From the NCBI GenBank assembly GCA_041649835.1, contig JBAZML010000004.1, positions 1-62,552 on the forward strand: a DNA stretch of 62,552 bases, in the 5' to 3' direction. The stretch is from Candidatus Shapirobacteria bacterium (GTDB lineage: Bacteria > Patescibacteriota > Microgenomatia > UBA12405). Both the position numbers and the translations under genes were made by a program. Under the pieces are notes generated by a model. It was given only the letters and a program-made list of their open reading frames with translations, did no database searches and had not been told where the DNA came from. Shown piece after piece: positions 9,184-18,001 of the stretch. Positions within the stretch are counted from its first letter, which is position 1, and each line of letters begins with the position of its first letter.

Positions 9184-9810
9184 ATGAATTTATTTTTAGC
9201 AGCAGAGGCCAAAAATCCCCTTTCACTTGAAAAATTAAGGGAAGTGGTCGGTGGATTTAAAGATAAAAAAATTGCATATATTCCAACCGCTGCCAATGGA
9301 GAGCGGGGCTGGGAATGTTGGAAAGAGGGTGGTTCCTGGAAAATGATTAATACTTTAGAAGCAAAAGTTTCATTAATTATTTTGGAGAATTATGGAAATA
9401 ATTCGGTTATAAAATTATTGGAAGGACAGGATATAATTTGGTTTGCCGGAGGTTGCCCCGGGTATTTAATGTATTGGTTGAAAAGAACTGAGATTGATAA
9501 AAATTTACCTAGATTATTAAAAAATGAAAAAGTTTGGTTTGTTGGTTCAAGTGCCGGAAGTATGGTGATGGGAAAGACATTGGATGCAGCGGAATGGGAT
9601 TTTACGGATGCTGAAATCGGTGCCCGAGATATGGGAGCATTGGGTTTGGTAAATTTTGATATATTCCCCCACTATGAGGAAGATTTATTGACAGATATTA
9701 GGAAAAATCATAAAAGAAATAAACTATATTTGTTAAAAAATGGTGAAGAGATAATTGTTAGAAATGGTAAGGTTGAGGTGGTGGGTGAAGAAAGAATTTT
9801 GATAAAATAA
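9184..9810 (+). CDS. Peptidase S51 / dipeptidase E family
   Basis: IAYIPTA, FAGG, nucleophile elbow GSSAGS, FPHY. Confidence 0.88.
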   Translation: MNLFLAAEAKNPLSLEKLREVVGGFKDKKIAYIPTAANGERGWECWKEGGSWKMINTLEAKVSLIILENYGNNSVIKLLEGQDIIWFAGGCPGYLMYWLKRTEIDKNLPRLLKNEKVWFVGSSAGSMVMGKTLDAAEWDFTDAEIGARDMGALGLVNFDIFPHYEEDLLTDIRKNHKRNKLYLLKNGEEIIVRNGKVEVVGEERILIK

Positions 9811-9814
9811 ATTT

Positions 9815-10237
9815 ATGAGATTTAATCATTTAATACCGGAATTAAGTGTTTCCGATTTTAAAAAAAGTTTGGATTTTTATACTAAAATTTTAGGCTTTAA
9901 GGTTGAATATGATCGCCCGGAAAAAAATTTTGCCTATCTATCATTTCAGGGTAGTCAACTAATGATTGATCAGGGAAACAATGAAAAAAGTGCTTGGTTT
10001 ACTGGAAAATTAGAGTATCCAAGAGGCAGAGGTATTCATTTCCAATTAGATATTGACGACTTGAAACCTATGATTGCTTCTTTGAAAAAAAATAAATATC
10101 CCATTAAAGAAAAGGCAAAAGATTATTGGTTTCGAAAAGATAATAAGATGATAGGGATGAGAGGAATTTTAGTTATGGATCCTGATGGGTATCTTTTGAT
10201 GTTTAACGAAGATTTAGGGGAAAAAGTGGTATCATAA
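9815..10237 (+). CDS. VOC/glyoxalase/bleomycin-resistance family protein
   Basis: PELSVSDFKKSLDFY start and DPDGYLL end motifs. Confidence 0.88.
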   Translation: MRFNHLIPELSVSDFKKSLDFYTKILGFKVEYDRPEKNFAYLSFQGSQLMIDQGNNEKSAWFTGKLEYPRGRGIHFQLDIDDLKPMIASLKKNKYPIKEKAKDYWFRKDNKMIGMRGILVMDPDGYLLMFNEDLGEKVVS

Positions 10238-10240
10238 ATT

Positions 10241-10678
10241 ATGTCAAAGGAGAGATTTCAATTAAGGGCGGCAGTATATTTAATGTTAATAAAAGACGGA
10301 AAAATATTGTTGTCGAGAAGATATAATACCGGTTGGATGGATGGAAAATATAGCTTGATTTCCGGACATCTTGATGGGGGTGAAACGATTTCTAAGGCCA
10401 TGATTCGGGAGGCTTTTGAAGAGGCAAATATAAAAATTGATAATAAAGATTTGATACCAGCGACAGTGACACATCGAATGTCTGATGTAGAATATGTTGA
10501 TTTTTTCTATATAGCTTCGAAGTGGGGAGGTGAGCCCAGGATAATGGAAACTGATAAATGTGATGAGTTAAAATGGTTTCCTCTTGATAATTTACCCAAC
10601 AATTTGTTGACCCATATTAGAATGGCAATTGTGAGTTATCAGAATAGGGTAGCTTTTTTTGAAAGTGGTTGGAACTAG
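10241..10678 (+). CDS. NUDIX hydrolase
   Basis: Nudix box GHLDGGETISKAMIREAFEEAN. Confidence 0.9.
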   Translation: MSKERFQLRAAVYLMLIKDGKILLSRRYNTGWMDGKYSLISGHLDGGETISKAMIREAFEEANIKIDNKDLIPATVTHRMSDVEYVDFFYIASKWGGEPRIMETDKCDELKWFPLDNLPNNLLTHIRMAIVSYQNRVAFFESGWN

Positions 10679-10711
10679 CTTGTTTCGGGGTCGATGGTGG
10701 TAAAATTAGTC

Positions 10712-11164
10712 ATGAAAGCGGAAGAGTTTCAGTTAAAAGATCAGGATGGTGTGGTTAGAAAATTATCAGATTATAAAGGTAAGTGGGTTTTGTTATATTT
10801 TTACCCAAAGGATGATACCCCGGGTTGTACGATTGAAGCTTGTAGTTTACGTGATAATTTTTATCAACTAGAAAAATTAGGAGTACAGATTTTGGGAGTC
10901 TCGAAAGATAGTATTGCTTCTCATAAGAAATTTGCAGACAGGTATAATTTAAATTTTCCAATATTAAGTGATGAATTAACAGAAACGATTAAGGTTTACG
11001 GGGCTTGGGGTAAAAAAATATTTATGGGTCATGTATTTGAAGGAATTTTAAGAAAAAGTTTTTTGGTAGATGATACTGGTGAGATAAGAAAGGTGTACGA
11101 AAATGTCAATCCGACGAAACATGCCGGAGAAATATTGACTGATTTGGTATTACTAAAAAAATAA
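10712..11164 (+). CDS. bcp: Peroxiredoxin Bcp/PrxQ
   Basis: FYPKDDTPGCTIEAC. Start moved to MKAEEF, 5 nt after TGgTAAAAT. Confidence 0.92.
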   Translation: MKAEEFQLKDQDGVVRKLSDYKGKWVLLYFYPKDDTPGCTIEACSLRDNFYQLEKLGVQILGVSKDSIASHKKFADRYNLNFPILSDELTETIKVYGAWGKKIFMGHVFEGILRKSFLVDDTGEIRKVYENVNPTKHAGEILTDLVLLKK

Positions 11165-12397
11165 ATGAATATTTTTTCGAAAAAGCTGGAGAGGAATTTC
11201 TCGTTGATGTTTTGGATACAAGCTTTAACCGAGGTTAAAGTAATCAATGTTATAAGCACCTTGTTTATGTTGTCGAGAGGTTTGAGTTTAAGTCAGATTG
11301 TCTATTCGGGAATTGCCTTTTCTTTGGTAACAATTTTGTCCGAGGTACCCTCAAGTTATTTGGCTGATAAATGGGGTAGAAAGAAAATTTTAATATTATC
11401 GGTAATATTTAGTTTGTTTTATTGGGTGATAAACATTTTTGCGAGAGGTTGGTGGTTGATATTGGCGATTGCTGTTTATGCTTTTGCAAATTCGCTAATG
11501 TCGGGAACAGATGAAGCACTGTTGTATGACACCTCAAAAGAATTAAAAACAGAAACCGATAGTCTGAAACAATTGGGCCAGTATTTTTCCGGACAGAGAA
11601 TTTTTAAAATGATCATGCCGGTAGTGGCGGTGTTAATTGCCAAAGATTTGAGTAACCAACAGTATGTTTATTTGCTGTTAATTGATGTTATAGCCAATAT
11701 CGGAGCCTTATTTTTGTGTTTTTTGTTAAAAGAACCTAAACATTTCATGGATTTGGAAACGGTTGAATCCGGAGTGTTTAAAGATGCGTTAAAAATATTT
11801 AAAAACAATAAATATTTACTAAATAGTGTTTTAAATAAGTCACTGATGTTTTTGACAACTTTTATGATTTGGAGGGTGTCTTCTGATTATTTTATGAGTT
11901 TTGGGGCTTCAGTATTATTGATTGGGGTGACTACGTCGATAATGCAAATTTTTATATTTATTATTAATCAAAATGTGACTAAAATTTTTCCAAAAGTGCC
12001 AGAGGCTGAAAGAATAAATATTCTTAATTGGCTGGTATTTTTGTCAGTGTTTGTCTTTTTATTAAATCATTTATTATGGAAAAACATTACTTTGGCATTA
12101 ATTACATATATCATTTTTAATGTTGCTCAGGTGGCGACATGGCCACTTTTTTCACAATTGTTCAATAAAGTAAGTAGGTCTTATAATCGAGCAACTACCC
12201 TATCTTTGGCAAATTTTACAAAAAGTTTTCTTGATATCCCAGTATTATTATTAGGTTCAATTTTAATTGATAAAGGTTATACCTATTTATTTTCCTGGTG
12301 TTTAATGATGGTATTGACAGTGCTGTTATTTTTTAAGATCGGAGGGAGTAGCACTGGGGGTCGAGGGCAAGGTGATGTTACCAGTGGGAATACTTAA
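11165..12397 (+). CDS. MFS transporter
   Basis: Multi-TM protein; EVPSSYLADKWGRK and SGTDEALLYD motifs. Confidence 0.88.
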   Translation: MNIFSKKLERNFSLMFWIQALTEVKVINVISTLFMLSRGLSLSQIVYSGIAFSLVTILSEVPSSYLADKWGRKKILILSVIFSLFYWVINIFARGWWLILAIAVYAFANSLMSGTDEALLYDTSKELKTETDSLKQLGQYFSGQRIFKMIMPVVAVLIAKDLSNQQYVYLLLIDVIANIGALFLCFLLKEPKHFMDLETVESGVFKDALKIFKNNKYLLNSVLNKSLMFLTTFMIWRVSSDYFMSFGASVLLIGVTTSIMQIFIFIINQNVTKIFPKVPEAERINILNWLVFLSVFVFLLNHLLWKNITLALITYIIFNVAQVATWPLFSQLFNKVSRSYNRATTLSLANFTKSFLDIPVLLLGSILIDKGYTYLFSWCLMMVLTVLLFFKIGGSSTGGRGQGDVTSGNT

Positions 12398-12526
12398 GGG
12401 GGCATCTTCGAGTCGTTCCAACACCTTCCAATCGATACTTTGAGAGTAAATCCAACCCGCGTAGGAAAGAAATATAAAGAATGTTGCAATTAGTAGATAA
12501 CCCAATGGGTCGATTTTGTGATTCAT
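12326..12526 (-). CDS. Small single-TM hypothetical protein
   Basis: One TM helix plus Pro/Thr/Ser-rich tail; last gene of the minus-strand run. Confidence 0.6.
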   Translation of the reverse strand: MNHKIDPLGYLLIATFFIFLSYAGWIYSQSIDWKVLERLEDAPLSIPTGNITLPSTPSATPSDLKK

Positions 12527-12528
12527 AT

Positions 12529-13853
12529 TTAATTATTTCTGGTAATAGTATATAGGGTTGGATACTTAAGGAAAATAGCCGGACATTCTTCTAAGAGATC
12601 TTTTTGAAATTCCTGATAGATTTTTTTGCGTTCCTGTTGATCAAATGTTTGTCGGCCATCTTCTAAAAGTTTGTCAATTTTGGGATTATTTATCTTTGTC
12701 AAATTAGTTTTTAATTGAGTAGAGTGCCAAAAAAGATATTGATCCGGATCGGTTGGAATACTGCCATAGGCGAGAATAATATCGTAATTTTGAGTATCAA
12801 TTTGAGTGCTGATGTGGGCATTAACTTGAATTCCCAATATTTCCTCCCAATTTTTTTTGATGTTGTCAGCAATTTCCACCAAACGGCGATCGTTATATGT
12901 TAATTCAATTGATTCAATTCTATTTTTGGAAAAAAACTCTTTGGCTTTTTCCGGGTTAAAAGCATAGTTTTTAACTTGTGGTTATATGCCCATGATGTTG
13001 GAGAGATTGGTGAAATGGTTCTTTCATTTAGATCGGTGGTTTTAGGGGTGGCGTAGGCTAGTGCCTGACGTAATTGTTTGTTACCTAATTTGGCGGTATT
13101 TATAAACAGGGCTATGTATTTTTGGTCAGTACGGATGTTTTTGGTAATATCAATCTTTGGCCAATTGTCAAAATTTTTGGGAATTGTGCTAAGTTGAATT
13201 TGGTTGACTTCGCCAATTTTAAAAGCATTTAAAAGATCAGTTTCATTTTGATAAAAGCGATAAAGAATTGAATTATCCGAAGATTTTAAGTATAAATCTT
13301 TAATGTTTCCGTCTTGATAATCAAAGCGGTCAACTTGGTATTCACCCAGAGAGTCGAAATCTTTTTTGATTAGGGGAAGACTTAATGTTGAAAGAATCGG
13401 AGCAAAAGGTTTTTCTGTTTTGATGGTTAGATGCTGAGAATCGGTAAAGGTAATTGATAGTCCGGTAATTTTATAATTGATATCACTGGAGACAAAGGGC
13501 TTACCCTTATGCCACTTGATATCGGGATTTAGTTCAAAAATATATTGAGTATTGTCCTGACGAATATCAAGATTTTTTACTAATGGAGAAGTTTCAAATT
13601 TATTATTTTCGGTATTAACCGTTAAACCATAGGAAATTTTATTAGTAATATCATTGGGAAGGTTGTTGACAGTGTATAAGCCTTCCAGTCCGATTTTTTC
13701 AAGTGGACGGTTAATTTTTAAATAAAAAGATAATAATTGTTGACGAAAAGTGACTAAAATTATTCCCAAAATTAAACCTGAAAGAAGATAGAGCCAATTT
13801 CTTTTAATATAGTAGAAAAATAGTTCAAATTTGAATCTGATTTTAGTGATCAT
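12529..13853 (-). pseudogene. Family-5 (OppA/DppA-like) ABC substrate-binding protein split by a single-base frameshift at about 12980
   Basis: After ...SPISPTSWAYN the alternative frame reads VKNYAFNPEKAKEFF...LVEIADNIK and joins ORF 12529-12882 (DPDQYLFWHS...KIDKLLEDGR). True pseudogene or assembly error cannot be told apart here. Confidence 0.8.
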
Positions 13854-13856
13854 TTT

Positions 13857-14066
13857 TTAGATCAGTGTTTGGACAATGGAAGAAATTAGAAATAGAAGAA
13901 TTATAAATAGGGTCAAATTAAATAGAATTTTTTCCCAGCCCCGACGTTCGGAATTACTTTCGGAGAGAATATTATTATTTTCGTTACTTCCCTTTGATTG
14001 AAGAAAGATTAATGTAGATAGGACGATGCAAATAAGGATTTGGAAAATAACAAGTGCAGTTTTCAT
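13857..14066 (-). CDS. secG: Preprotein translocase subunit SecG
   Basis: Two TM helices; FLQSKG loop and RRGWEK motif. Confidence 0.85.
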   Translation of the reverse strand: MKTALVIFQILICIVLSTLIFLQSKGSNENNNILSESNSERRGWEKILFNLTLFIILLFLISSIVQTLI

Positions 14067-14428
14067 AGTTTTTTAAAGATATAAAGAAGAGAGCTAATTA
14101 TAAAGGAGGTAAATAGATAAGCAAGAAAGTTAGTCAGTGAGTAATTGAATAGTTGAAGGGGATTAACAGAAAAACCAGAAATTAAAAATGAGGCCAGATA
14201 TAAACCCAGAGTGTTTATAACAATACGAATTAAACCCAAGGTGAGAAAGGTAATTGGTAAAAGTAAAATTTTGATAATTGGCTTGAGAATCAGTTCAAAA
14301 ATGGCCAGTATTAGGGCTACTTTAATTATTGTTTCAATTTTTGGCGAAAAGGCGAGGTTGCCCCAAATTTCATTTTCGATGACTAGGGCAAAAGCCAGAT
14401 AGAGAGTGTACTTAAGTATTTTTTTCAT
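14063..14428 (-). CDS. 4-TM YvlD/'phage holin superfamily IV' membrane protein
   Basis: LKPIIKILLLPITFLTLGL...VINT signature. Confidence 0.8.
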   Translation of the reverse strand: MKKILKYTLYLAFALVIENEIWGNLAFSPKIETIIKVALILAIFELILKPIIKILLLPITFLTLGLIRIVINTLGLYLASFLISGFSVNPLQLFNYSLTNFLAYLFTSFIISSLLYIFKKL

Positions 14429-16184
14429 GAGTTAGACTGGTAATTATTATACCGCTTGTTGCCAAAATAACGAGGCCGACAACGATGCTGATACCTAAAT
14501 TAACAAAATGCTGAGTATAGTTGAGTGTCTGGGTTGAAATTTGTTCATCACTATTTTTGAGAGTATAAGTTATTTTTTGATGTTTTGAAGATAAGGATTG
14601 CCAAAATGATATTTGGGGAATGTCAACATAAATTGATGAATAGGGCAATATTGTATCGATGTTTTTGTTAAAAAGTGGATCGGAGCCGGAAAGTTTTAAA
14701 TTTTTTTGAGAATTAGGAGAAGTATTCTGAATGAGAAGTCGATTGCCTTTGAAGGAAATAATTGGGAGACTGGTTTCTCTTTTTATTTCTTCACTGGCAA
14801 AATCAATAAAAATTGATTTTTCTCCAATATCGTTTTTGTAGGATCCTGGTGGAAGCGGATTTTGACTATTTAAACCATGGGTAACAAAAGTAATGTGATT
14901 TAGATCAAGATCATTAAAATAATCAATACCATTGGTAGTTTTACCCCAAGTTGGATCAATTGCTTTCCAGGTTTTAGTGGCTGAATTGTAATATTCCGGC
15001 CAAGCATGGAGAACATCACTTTGAAGATTGGTGGGTTTAATTTTTGGATTATTTGAATAGGCATAGCCTTCAATTTCCCGAGCAGGAATACCTTTGGCGC
15101 GAGCTAGGGTTACAAATAAATCAGTGAATTCCGTACACAGTGAATTATTGGGATCAATTATGGCGGCGATGGCACCAAGTCGGCCGGAAGAATTGATTCT
15201 TTCATAATTATAATTAAGGGTATTTACGACATAATCGTAAATAGATCTGGTGCTTGATAAGCTCTTAGATATGTCCTGGATTTGAGGATCTGATACCGGC
15301 CAAAAGGTTTGAGATTGGAGATATTGATTTTTATCTGTGAGCTCAATTGGAATATGGAGTCCGGTTTTTACCTGCCCTATAGCTGTAATATTTAATTGCT
15401 CTTTATCAGAAAGTTGATATTTTGCCAGCCAATTTCCATCTGGATCAATACTGATACTAACTGGTGGAGGAGAGATGGATTGATAAAAAACTGATTGTGA
15501 ATAAGTGTCGGGAATTAGGGCAATTTCTGAAATTATTGTATTTGTCGATGGATTTTTTAAAGTGTAATTTAATTTAAAATCAAAAAGTTGATAATCTCCA
15601 AGAATGATTAATATCTTGGCGTGAGAATTATTTTGAAAAGTGGTGATGTTTTGGGTAAGCCCGTCTTGAAATTTAGCCGGAATTGAGGCAAAAGATAAAC
15701 TACCAAAATCGCTAGGGGTTTTAATAGTGATTTGAGTATTGTTTAGAGCTTTATCAGTTAATTGAGGTAAAGTTATTTCCCAAGTTTTCCCCTTATGCTT
15801 GGCTAATTCAGAAATTCTATAAATTAATTTGATTGAAGTAGTTTGATTTTTACCTACTTTGGGATGATTAAATTTAAGTTTAATAACTGAGGTCTCGTTT
15901 TGAGTAATAAAACTACTAAGAATATTACCTTCACTGTCAGTAGCACTAAGATCAGAAAGAGGTAAACCTTGAATTTGAATTTGATATTCATTGGGGTAAA
16001 TTTGAGAGTAATTGTTGGTGATGTTAATCAGATGAGTAACTGTGGCCTGACCAGAATTGTTTATAAGGTATTCAATGTTTTCGTTGATAGTGAAATCGGA
16101 AATGGCAAAGGAAGTGGTAGAAAATAGAAATAAAAAACAATATATAAAAAAAGCTAAACGAGAAAACATATCTAATATTAGCAT
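14412..16184 (-). CDS. Membrane-anchored transglutaminase-like domain protein
   Basis: Signal peptide; CTEFTDLFVTLARAKGIPAR, HAWPEYY and DPTW triad motifs; C-terminal TM. Start may be 16169. Confidence 0.88.
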   Translation of the reverse strand: MLILDMFSRLAFFIYCFLFLFSTTSFAISDFTINENIEYLINNSGQATVTHLINITNNYSQIYPNEYQIQIQGLPLSDLSATDSEGNILSSFITQNETSVIKLKFNHPKVGKNQTTSIKLIYRISELAKHKGKTWEITLPQLTDKALNNTQITIKTPSDFGSLSFASIPAKFQDGLTQNITTFQNNSHAKILIILGDYQLFDFKLNYTLKNPSTNTIISEIALIPDTYSQSVFYQSISPPPVSISIDPDGNWLAKYQLSDKEQLNITAIGQVKTGLHIPIELTDKNQYLQSQTFWPVSDPQIQDISKSLSSTRSIYDYVVNTLNYNYERINSSGRLGAIAAIIDPNNSLCTEFTDLFVTLARAKGIPAREIEGYAYSNNPKIKPTNLQSDVLHAWPEYYNSATKTWKAIDPTWGKTTNGIDYFNDLDLNHITFVTHGLNSQNPLPPGSYKNDIGEKSIFIDFASEEIKRETSLPIISFKGNRLLIQNTSPNSQKNLKLSGSDPLFNKNIDTILPYSSIYVDIPQISFWQSLSSKHQKITYTLKNSDEQISTQTLNYTQHFVNLGISIVVGLVILATSGIIITSLTHEKNT

Positions 16185-16196
16185 CTATATAAAAGG

Positions 16197-16224
16197 TTGA
16201 CTTCGGGTATTGTTCGTGTATGAT
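16197..16224 (+). promoter_or_regulatory. Sigma70 promoter of lexA (leaderless)
   Basis: TTGACT-16 nt-TATGAT, ending 7 nt before the ATG at 16232. Confidence 0.65.
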
Positions 16225-16231
16225 AAATGAT

Positions 16232-16849
16232 ATGCCAGCTATTGTTTATAAAAGACAAAAAGAAATATTAGACTTAATTGCAACTTCAATTGATAAGTAT
16301 GGTTATGCGCCAACTTTGACAGAAATTGCCCAACATTTAGGGCTTTCTTCTTTAGCCACTGTTCATGAACATTTAGCTGCCCTGGAAAAGAAAGGTCTTG
16401 TCAGACGTTATCGGGGTGCAGTTAGGGGTATTGAATTGTTAGATAATGGCGAAAAAGGACGTGAAGATACTATTGAATTACCAGTGTTGGGCTTTATCGC
16501 TTGCGGGGCTCCTATTGAGCCATATACTGACCCAAATGCAACGTTAATGGTCTCGACAACACTAATCAAATCAGGAGATAAATCGTTTGTTTTACAAGCT
16601 AAGGGTGATTCAATGATCGATGACGGTATATTAAGTGGTGATTATGTAGTAGTCAAAGAGCAAAAGATGGCTAATAATGGGGATATTGTTGTGGCAGTGT
16701 TACGAAACGGATTTGCTACTTTGAAAAGATATTATCAGGAAGCGAATAGGATTCGTTTACAGCCAGCAAATTCTACTATGAGTCCGATGTATGTAACTGA
16801 AGTGGAAATTCGAGGAAAAGTAGTCGCAGTGATTAGACAATTTAATTAG
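16232..16849 (+). CDS. lexA: SOS repressor LexA
   Basis: wHTH (PTLTEIAQHLGLSSLATVHEHL), cleavage site ACG, catalytic GDSM and TLK. Start moved to MPAIVY. Confidence 0.95.
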   Translation: MPAIVYKRQKEILDLIATSIDKYGYAPTLTEIAQHLGLSSLATVHEHLAALEKKGLVRRYRGAVRGIELLDNGEKGREDTIELPVLGFIACGAPIEPYTDPNATLMVSTTLIKSGDKSFVLQAKGDSMIDDGILSGDYVVVKEQKMANNGDIVVAVLRNGFATLKRYYQEANRIRLQPANSTMSPMYVTEVEIRGKVVAVIRQFN

Positions 16850-16852
16850 ACT

Positions 16853-17311
16853 ATGGCCAAAAAAGTAACTATCGCTTTTTTATTGAGAGATGATGAAATT
16901 TGTTTAGGAATGAAGAAGAGAGGTTTTGGGGTGGGTTTATGGAACGGTACCGGTGGAAAAGTTGTGGATGGGGAAACTCCTGAAGATGCCGCTAAAAGAG
17001 AAGCAAAAGAAGAATTTGGGGTTGATTTGATTGATTTAGAATATAGGGGAAGGATATTTTTTATATATAAAGATGGGATGGAATTCGAGAGTTCTATTTA
17101 TGTGAGTCGAAAATGGAGTGGAGAACCTACTGAGGGTGAAGAAATGTCCCCAAAGTGGTTTAAAACAAATAGATTGCCATACGAATCGATGTGGAGTGAT
17201 GATAAGCTTTGGTTACCGTTGATTTTAGATGGAAAAAGAATTGAAAGCACTTTTTATTTTAATGACGATGCAAAAACCATAGAAAAATTTGATGTAAAGG
17301 AGATAAATTAA
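16853..17311 (+). CDS. 8-oxo-dGTP diphosphatase (MTH1-like NUDIX)
   Basis: LGMKKRGFGVGLWNGTGGKV, Nudix box, LPYESMWSDD. Confidence 0.9.
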   Translation: MAKKVTIAFLLRDDEICLGMKKRGFGVGLWNGTGGKVVDGETPEDAAKREAKEEFGVDLIDLEYRGRIFFIYKDGMEFESSIYVSRKWSGEPTEGEEMSPKWFKTNRLPYESMWSDDKLWLPLILDGKRIESTFYFNDDAKTIEKFDVKEIN

Positions 17312-17949
17312 TGCTATATATAATCTCAACCCCAATTGGAAACATGAAGGATATCACATTGAGGGCTATCAATATGTTTGAATATATCGATGTTTTGTTG
17401 TGTGAGGACACAAGAAAAACCGGTGTTTTATTAAAAGAACTAAAAATTTCAAATTCACCTAAATTAGTATCTTTCTATGACGAAGTAGAGAGACAAAAGA
17501 TCCCTCAAATTGTTGACATGTTAAAAGAAGGATTAAATGTTGGTCTGGTGACTGACGCCGGTACTCCCCTGTTGTCAGATCCGGGGTGGTTACTGATAAA
17601 AAAATGTCAAGAATTGAGATTACAATATACTGCAATTCCGGGTCCATCAGCGACAATTAACGCTTTAGTGTTGGCAGGATTACCAATGGGGAGATTTTCT
17701 TATTTAGGTTTTTTACCAAAGAGAGATGGGGAAAGAAAGAAGATTTTAGAAAAATATAAAGAAATTGAAGGAGCCAAGGTTGTTTATGAATCACCCTTAA
17801 GAACTGAAAAGTTAGTTAAAGAAATAAAAGAGATTTACGGTGAAAAAGTAGAAATAAGAATTGTAAGAGAGATGACGAAAAAATTTGAAGAGATAAAAAA
17901 TGATTGGGATGGCGATATTCGTGGTGAAGTTGTGGTGGTTTTTTCCTAA
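17311..17949 (+). CDS. rsmI: 16S rRNA C1402 2'-O-methyltransferase
   Basis: STPIGNMKDIT, CEDTR, DAGTPLLSDPG, IPGPSA, YESP, REMTKKFE. Confidence 0.93.
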   Translation: MLYIISTPIGNMKDITLRAINMFEYIDVLLCEDTRKTGVLLKELKISNSPKLVSFYDEVERQKIPQIVDMLKEGLNVGLVTDAGTPLLSDPGWLLIKKCQELRLQYTAIPGPSATINALVLAGLPMGRFSYLGFLPKRDGERKKILEKYKEIEGAKVVYESPLRTEKLVKEIKEIYGEKVEIRIVREMTKKFEEIKNDWDGDIRGEVVVVFS

Positions 17950-17952
17950 AAA

Positions 17953-17986
17953 AATATGCCGAATAATTGTTATTAATCGGCATATT
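17953..17986. terminator. Hairpin between convergent rsmI and ppsA
   Basis: AATATGCCGA...TCGGCATATT inverted repeat. Confidence 0.6.
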
Positions 17987-18001
17987 GAAAATTTAAGATA
18001 T

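Noticed and set aside
9184-12397. Integron cassette array
   Set aside because: Intergenic gaps are 0-33 bp, leaving no room for attC sites, and no integron integrase is present.
14063-14428. 'Phage holin' as evidence of a prophage
   Set aside because: It is a YvlD-type membrane protein in a housekeeping operon with secG, with no phage genes nearby.
16203-16218. Firmicutes/Actinobacteria-type SOS box in the lexA promoter
   Set aside because: Only the GTTCG half-site is present; the left half (TCGGG) does not match CGAAC.
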